From the human T2T-CHM13v2.0 reference genome, Homo sapiens, in contig CP086569.2 in NCBI GenBank assembly GCA_009914755.4, positions 61,408,001 to 61,472,000 on the forward strand: a stretch of DNA of 64,000 nucleotides, given 5' to 3'. The notes under the pieces are model-generated. The model was not told the origin of the DNA. It ran no database searches and saw nothing but the letters and a program-made list of their open reading frames with translations. A program made the translations under genes and the position numbers. Each line of letters starts with the position of its first letter. The stretch's first letter is position 1. Of the stretch, positions 56,010 to 64,000 are shown one piece after another.

Positions 56010-59000
56010 ATGGAATCGAACCACAAGGAATGGACAGGAATAGAATGGTCTCGAATTGAATGGAAACGTATGGAATGGCATCAAACGGAATGGAATGGAC
56101 AGCCACGGAATGGAATGCACTCGAATGCAATGGAGTCGAAACTAATGGACTGGAATAGAATGGACTCGACTGGTACGGACTCCAATGGAATGGAATCGAA
56201 TGGGAGGGAATCGAACGCAATGGACTCGAAGGGAAAAGACTGCAATGGAAAGGTCTCGAATGGAATGGAAATTAATGGAATGGAATGGAATCGAATGAAA
56301 TGGAGTCAAAAGGAATGGAATCGAATGGCAAGAAATCGAATGTAATGGAATCGCAAGGAATTGATGTGAACGGAACGGAATGGAATGGAATCCAAAGGAA
56401 TGGAATAGAATGGAATGGAATCGAATGGAAAGGACTCGAATGGAAATCACTCGAATAGAATGCAATTTAATAAAATAGGATCAAATGTAATGGAATGGAA
56501 TGGAAAGGAATCGAAACGAAAGGAATGGAGACAGATGAAATGGAATGGAACAGAGAGCAATGGTATAGAATGGAATGGAATCATCTGGAAAGGAATTGAA
56601 TGGAATGGAATAATATGAAATGGAATGGAATGGAATGGAATGGAATGCCCTTGAATTAAATGGACTGGAATGGAATGGACTCGAACAGAGTGGAATGAAA
56701 AGTGTTGAGATAGAATGGAATGGACTCCTTTGGAATGGTGTAGTATGCAATGCAATCGACTGGCAGGGAATCAAAAGGAATGTAATCGAATGGATTGGAC
56801 TGGAATGCTATGGACTCGAATAGATTGGAAACGGAATGCAAAGGAATGGAATGGAATAGTATGGAATGGAATGGAAAGGAATGGAGTGGAATAGACTAGA
56901 GTGGAATGGAATGGACTGGAAAGCAATGGACTGGAATGGAACTTTCTTGAATGGACTGGAATCAAACGGAATGGAATGCAATGCAATCAAATGGCATGGA
57001 ATAAAATAGAATGAAAGAGAATGAAATGGAATTGAATCGAATGGAATCGAATGGATTGGAAAGGAATAGAATGGAATGGAATGGAATTGACTCAAATGGA
57101 ATGGACTAGAATGGAATGGATTCGAATGGAAGGCAAAGGAATGGAATCTATTGGAATGGACTGTAATGGAATGGAATGGAAGGGATTGGAATGGACTCGA
57201 ATGGAATGGACTGCAATAGAAAGGATTCGAATGGAATGAAAAAGAATTGAATGGAATAGAACAGAATGGAATCAAATCGAATGAAATGGAATGGAATAGA
57301 AAGGAATGGAATGAAATGGAATGGAAAGGATTCGAATGGAATGCAATCGAATGGAATGCAATCGAATGGAACGGAATCGAACGGAATGGAATAAAATGGA
57401 AGAAAACTGGCAAGAAATGGAATCGAAATGAATGCAGTGTTATGGAACGGACTCAAAAGGAATTGAATGTAATAGAATGGAGTGGAGTGGACTCGAATAT
57501 AATAGACTGGAATGGAATGAAATCACATGGAATGGGAACGAATGGAATGGAATGGAAAGGAATGGAATCGAATGGAAAGGAATCGAATGGAAGGGAATGA
57601 AATTGAATCAACAGGAATGGAAAGGAGTAGAATAGACGGTAATGGAATGGGCTCGAATAGAATGGACACGAATGCTCAAATTAAATGGACTCGAATGGAA
57701 TGGAAACGAAAGGAATGTCATCGAATGGAATTGAATCGATTGGAATGAAATCACATAGAATGGAGTGGAATCAAATGGAATTGAATCGAAAGGAAAGGAA
57801 GCGAATGGACTGAAATGAAATGGAATGGAATTGAATGGAAATTAATGCAATGGAATAGAATGGAAAGAAATTTCACGGAATGGAATCAAACTGAATGGAA
57901 TCAAATCAATGGAATATAATCAAATGGAATGGAAGGGAATTGAATGGAGTAGATTGGATTGGATGGGATTGGAATGAAATGTACTGGAAAGGACTCGAAT
58001 TTCATGAAACGGAATGGAATGAATTAGAACGGAATGGACTCGAATGGAATGGAATATCACGGAATGGCATCAAATGGAATGGCATCAATTGGAATGGAAT
58101 CGAATGCAATGGAATGCTATGGAATGGAATGGAATGCATTGGAATGAAATGTCCTCTAATGGAATGGATTCGAGTGGAATGGAATCGAATATAATGGAGT
58201 CTAATGAAATGGAATTGAAAGGAATGGGATCCAATACAATGGAATATACTGGAATGTAATGTAATGAACTCGAATGTAATTGACTGGAATGGAATGTACA
58301 TGAATGGAATGTAATCGAATGGAAAGTAATCCAATGGAATAGAATCTAATGCAATAAAATCGACTCAAGTAGAGTAGAATGTAATGGAATGGAGTGCAGT
58401 GCAATGGAATGGAATGGAATGGAATGCAATGGAATGGAATGGAATGGAATGGGATGGAATGGTATGGAATGGATAGTAATGGTCTGGAGTGAAATGGACT
58501 GGAAAAGAATGGACTCAAATGTAAAGGGCTCGAAAGGAATGGAGTCAAATGGAATGGTCTGGAATGGAATGAACACGCATGTAATGCAATCCAATAGAAT
58601 GGAATCGAATGGCATGGAATATAAAGAAATAGAATCAAAGAGAATGGAAACAAATGGAATGGAATTGAATGGAATGGAATTGAATGGAATGGGAACGAAT
58701 GGAGTGAAATTGTATGCAGTAGAAGAGAATAGAATGGAATGCAAGCGAAAGGAAAGGAATGGATTGGAATGGAATGGAATTCATTGGAATGGAAGGGAAT
58801 GTAGTGTAATGGACAGGCCTGGAATAAAGTGGAATGCTACGGCCTCGAATGGAATAAAAATTTATGGAATGGAATGCAATGAAACGGAATCGAATGTCAT
58901 AGAATGTAATGGAATGCAAAAAAATGGAATCCAAAATCATTGACTGGAAAGGCTGGGTGTCGAAAGGAAATGACTCCAATGGAATGGAATCGAATGGAAT

Positions 59001-59558
59001 GGAAGTGAATAGAATCGAAGTAAATCGAATGGAATGGAATTGATAGGAACGGAATGGAAAGGAATGCAATGATTTGGCATGGAATGGAATCGAATGCCAT
59101 CGAATGGAATGGAATGGAATGCAATGGAATGGAATGTATTAGAATGTAATGAACTTTAATGGAATGTACTCGAATGGATTCGACTGGAATGGAATGTTCT
59201 CGAAGTGAATGGACTCCAATGGAATGGATTCGAAAGGAATGGAATCTAATGGAATGGAATTAAATGGAAATGAATCAAATTGAATAGAACGGAATTGAAT
59301 TGAATGGAATCGAATGCAATGGAATCTAATGAAACGGAAAGGAAAGGAATGGAATGGAATGGAATGGAATGGGCTGGAATGGAATGCAATCGAAACGAAT
59401 GGAATGGAATCGAACTGAAGAGACTGGAATGGAATGCACTGAAATGGAAGGGAATGTAATGGAAGGTTCTCGAAAAAAATGGAATCGAAAAGAATGGAAT
59501 TGAATGGAACGGAATAGAGTCGAATGGAATTCAATGGAATGGAATGGAATAGAGTGAA
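56010..59558. repeat. DYZ1-type higher-order unit (3549 bp)
   Basis: Landmark spacing. Shares variants with the unit at 63098 (tgtagtatgc, an HSIPFH-encoding insertion, EWKRMEW). Confidence 0.8.
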
Positions 59559-62500
59559 ATGGAATCGAACCACAAGGAATGGACAGGAATAGAATGGTCT
59601 CGAATTGAATGGAATCGTATGGAATGGCATCAAACGGAATGGAATGGACAGCCACGGAATGGAATGCACTCGAATGCAATGGAGTCGAAACTAATGGACT
59701 GGAATAGAATGGACTCGACTGGTACGGACTCCAATGGAATGGAATCGAATGGAAGGGAATCGAACGGAATGGACTCGAAGGGAAAAGACTGCAATGGAAA
59801 GGTCTCGAATGGAATGGAAATTAATGGAATGGAATGGAATCGAATGAAGTGGAGTCAAAAGGAATGGAATTGAATGGCAAGAAATCGAATGTAATGGAAT
59901 CGCAAGGAATTGATGTGAACGGAACGGAATGGAATGGAATCCAAAGGAATGGAATAGAATGGAATGGAATCGAATGGAAAGGACTCGAATGGAAATCACT
60001 CGAATAGAATGCAATTTAATAAAATAGGATCAAATGTAATGGAATGGAATGGAAAGGAATCGAAACGAAAGGAATGGAGACAGATGGAATGGAATGGAAC
60101 AGAGAGCAATGGTATAGAATGGAATGGAATCATCTGGAATGGAATTGAATGGAATGGAATAACATGAAATGGAATGGAATGGAATGGAATGCCCTTGAAT
60201 TAAATGGACTGGAATGGAATGGACTCGAACAGAGTGGAATGGAAAGTGTTGAAATAGAATGGAATGGACTCGTTTGGAATGGTCTAGTATGCAATGCAAT
60301 CGACTGGCAGGGAATCAAAAGGAATGTAATCGAATGGATTGGACTGGAATGCAATGGACTCGAATAGATTGGAAACGGAATGCAAAGGAATGGAATGGAA
60401 TAGTATGGAATGGAATGGAAAGGAATGGAGTGGAATAGACTAGAGTGGAATGGAATGGACTCAAAAGCAATGGACTGGAATGGAAATTTCTTGAATGGAC
60501 TGGAATCAAACGGAATGGAAAGCAATGCAATCAAATGGCATGGAATAAAATAGAATGAAAGAGAATCAAATGGAATTGAATCGAATGGAATCGAATGGAT
60601 TGGAAAGGAATAGAATGGAATGGAATGGAATTGACTCAAATGGAATGGACTAGAATGGAATGGATTCGAATGGAAGGCAAAGGAATGGAATCTATTGGAA
60701 TGGACTGTAATGGAATGGAATGGAAGGGATTGGAATGGACTCGAATGGAATGGACTGCAATAGAAAGGATTCGAATGGAATGAAAAAGAATTGAATGGAA
60801 TAGAACAGAATGGAATCAAATCGAATGAAATGGAATGGAATAGAAAGGAATGGAATGAAATGGAATGGAAAGGATTCGAATGGAATGCAATCGAATGGAA
60901 TGGAATCGAACGGAATGGAATAAAATGGAAGAAAACTGGCAAGAAATGGAATCGAAATGAATGGAGTGTTATGGAACGGACTCAAAAGGAATTGAATGTA
61001 ATAGAATGGAGTGGAGTGGACTCGAATATAATGGACTGGAATGGAATGAAATCACATGGAATGGGAACGAATGGAATGGAATGGAAAGGAATGGAATCGA
61101 ATGGAAAGGAATGGAATGGAAGGGAATGAAACTGAGTCAACAGGAATGGAAGGGAGTAGAATAGACGGTAATGGAATGGACTCGAATAGAATGGACACGA
61201 ATGCACAAATTGAATGGACTCGAATGGAATGGAAACGAAAGGAATGTCATCGAATGGAATTGAATCGATTGGAATGAAATCGCATAGAATGGAGTGGAAT
61301 CAAATGGAATTGAATCGAAAGGAAAGGAAGCGAATGGACTGAAATGAAATGGAATGGAATTGAATGGAAAGTAATGCAATGGAATAGAATGCAACGAAAT
61401 TTCACGGAATGGAATCAAACTGAATGGAATCAAATCAATGGAATCTAATCAAATGGAATGGAAAGGAATTGAATGGAGTAGATTGGATTGGATGGGATTG
61501 GAATGAAATGTACTGGAAAGGACTCGAATTTCATGAAACGGAATGGAATGAATTGGAACGGAATGGACTCGAAAGGAATGGAATGACATGGAATGGCATC
61601 AAATGGAATGGCGTCAAATGGAATGGAATCAAATGCAATGGAATGCTATGGAATGGAATGGAATGCATTGGAATGGAATGTCCTCTAATGGAATGGATTT
61701 GAGTGGAATGGAATCGAATATAATGGAGTCGAATGAAATGGAATTGAAAGGAATGGGATCGAATAGAATGGAATATACTGGAATGTAATGTAATGAACAC
61801 GAATGTAATTGACTGGAATGGAATGTACATGAATGGAATGTAATCGAATGGAAAGTAATCCAATGGAATAGAATGTAATGCAATAAAATCGACTCAAATA
61901 GAATAGAATGTAATGGAATGGAGTGCAGTGCAATGGAATGGAATGGAATGGAATGCAATGGAATGGAATGGAATGGAATGGAATGGAATGGTATGGAATG
62001 GATAGTAATGGACTGGAGTGAAATGGACTGGAAAAGAATGGACTCAAATTGAAAGGGCTCGAAAGGAAAGGAGTCAAATGGAATGGTCTGGAATGGAATG
62101 AACACGAATGTAATGCAATCCAATAGAATGGAATCGAATGGCATGGAATATAAAGAAATGGAATCGAAGAGAATGGAAACAAATGGAATGGAATTGAATG
62201 GAATGGTATTGAATGGAATGGGAACGAATGGAGTGAAATTGTATGCAGTAGAAGAGAATAGAAAGGAATGCAAGCGAAAGGAAAGGAATGGATTGGAATG
62301 GAATGGAATTCATTGGAATGGAAGAGAATGTAGTGTAATGGACAGGCCTGGAATAAAGTGGAATGCTACGGTCTCGAATGGAATAAAAATGTATGGAATG
62401 GAATGCAATGAAACGGAATCGAATGTCATAGAATGTAATGGAATGCAAAAAAATGGACTCCAAAATCATTGACTGGAAAGGCTGGGTGTCGAAAGGAATT

Positions 62501-63097
62501 GACTCCAATGGAATGGAATCGAATGGAATGGAAGTGAATAGAATCGAACTAAATCGAATGGAATGGAATTGATAGGAACGGAATGGAAAGTAATGCAATG
62601 ACTTGGCATGGAATGGAATCGAATGACATCGAATGGAATGGAATGGAATGCAATGGAATGGAATGTATTAGAATGTAATGAACATTAATGGAATGTACTC
62701 GAATGGATTCGACTGGAATGGAATGTTCTGGAAGTGAATGGACTCCAATGGAATGGATTCGAAAGGAATGGAATCGAAAAGAATGGAATCTAATGGACTG
62801 GAATTAAATGGAAATAAATCAAATTGAATAGCACGGAATTGAATTGAATGGAATCGAATGCAATGGAATCTAATGAAACGGAAAGGAAAGGAATGGAATG
62901 GAATGGAATGGGCTGGAATGGAATGGAATCGAAACGAATGGAATGGAATCGAACTGAAGAGACTGGAATGGAATGCACTGGAATGGAAGGGAGTGTAAGG
63001 GAAGGTTCTCGAAAAAAATGGAATCGAATGGAATGGAATTGAATGGAACGGAATAGAGTCGAATGGAATTCAATGGAATGGAATGGACTAGAGTGAA
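59559..63097. repeat. DYZ1-type higher-order unit (3539 bp)
   Basis: Landmark spacing. Near-identical to the unit at 46505. Confidence 0.8.
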
Positions 63098-64000
63098 ATG
63101 GAATCGAACCACAAGGAATGGACAGGAATAGAATGGTCTCGAATTGAATGGAAACGTATGGAATGGCATCAAACGGAATGGAATGGACAGCCACGGAATG
63201 GAATGCACTCGAATGCAATGGAGTCGAAACTAATGGACTGGAATAGAATGGACTCGACTGGTACGGACTCCAATGGAATGGAATCGAATGGGAGGGAATC
63301 CAACGGAATGGACTCGAAGGGAAAAGACTGCAATGGAAAGGTCTCGAATGGAATGGAAATTAATGGAATGGAATGGAATCGAATGAAATGGAGTCAAAAG
63401 GAATGGAATCGAATGGCAAGAAATCGAATGTAATGGAATCGCAAGGAATTGATGTGAACGGAACGGAATGGAATGGAATCCAAAGGAATGGAATAGAATG
63501 GAATGGAATCGAATGGAAAGGACTCGAATGGAAATCACTCGAATAGAATGCAATTTAATAAAATAGGATCAAATGTAATGGAATGGAATGGAAAGGAATC
63601 GAAACGAAAGGAATGGAGACAGATGAAATGGAATGGAACAGAGAGCAATGGTATAGAATGGAATGGAATCATCTGGAAAGGAATTGAATGGAATGGAATA
63701 ATATGAAATGGAATGGAATGGAATGGAATGGAATGGAATGCCCTTGAATTAAATGGACTGGAATGGAATGGACTCGAACAGAGTGGAATGGAAAGTGTTG
63801 AGATAGAATGGAATGGACTCCTTTGGAATGGTGTAGTATGCAATGCAATCGACTGGCAGGGAATCAAAAGGAATGTAATGGAATGGATTGGACTGGAATG
63901 CAATGGACTCGAATAGATTGGAAACGGAATGCAAAGGAATGGAATGGAATAGTATGGAATGGAATGGAAAGGAATGGAGTGGAATAGACTAGAGTGGAAT
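63098..64000. repeat. DYZ1-type unit, partial (cut by the window end)
   Basis: Landmark at 63098. Sequence matches the unit at 56010. Confidence 0.8.

Larger units (their letters stand above)
44408..64000. repeat. Human Satellite 3 (GGAAT)n / (ATTCC)n array organised in ~3.54-3.55-kb higher-order units (DYZ1-type, Yq12). It continues past the window end.
   Basis: The + strand is dominated by ggaatggaatggaat with diverged pentamers. Landmarks recur every 3539-3549 bp: tctagtatgcaatgcaatcgactggcaggg at 44425, 47229, 50778, 56739, 60283 and 63832; atggaatcgaaccacaaggaatggacagg at 46505, 50054, 53593, 56010, 59559 and 63098. Confidence 0.85.

Noticed and set aside
44457-63934. Dozens of 60-270-aa ORFs on both strands rich in MEWNG / IPFHS repeats
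   Set aside because: These are translations of (GGAAT)n and (ATTCC)n pentamers. GGAAT avoids stop codons in several frames, so long ORFs are expected by chance. The same ORFs recur at the 3.5-kb satellite period.

Overview
This window is human constitutive heterochromatin with no credible protein-coding or RNA genes. The best match is the Y-chromosome long-arm (Yq12) satellite block, at a boundary between two male-specific satellite families.

- Bases 1 to about 43,530 are 18 head-to-tail copies of a ~2.42-kb unit. Each unit has a ~1.53-kb extremely AT-rich segment, one minus-strand Alu SINE (~297 bp, poly-T on the + strand) and a ~0.6-kb mixed-composition tail. This is the organisation described for DYZ2 / HSat1B.
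- Copies are about 97-99% identical. Shared private variants reveal higher-order structure: a tandem 7.25-kb (3-unit) duplication and a 4.84-kb (2-unit) periodicity.
- A 19th, much more diverged partial copy (43,533-44,407) sits at the array edge.
- At about 44,408 the sequence switches abruptly to (GGAAT)n Human Satellite 3. It is organised in ~3.54-3.55-kb higher-order units, the DYZ1 size. One unit carries a ~1.12-kb internal deletion, giving a 2.42-kb variant, and the first unit is shortened.

Every ORF in the six-frame track is an artefact of repeat composition. The 61/63/71-aa ORFs recur at the 2.42-kb period because the DNA is a tandem repeat. The MEWNG.../IPFHS... ORFs are translations of GGAAT/ATTCC pentamers. 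No prokaryotic-style system is present. What is interesting here is satellite architecture: array edges, higher-order duplications and a deletion variant.
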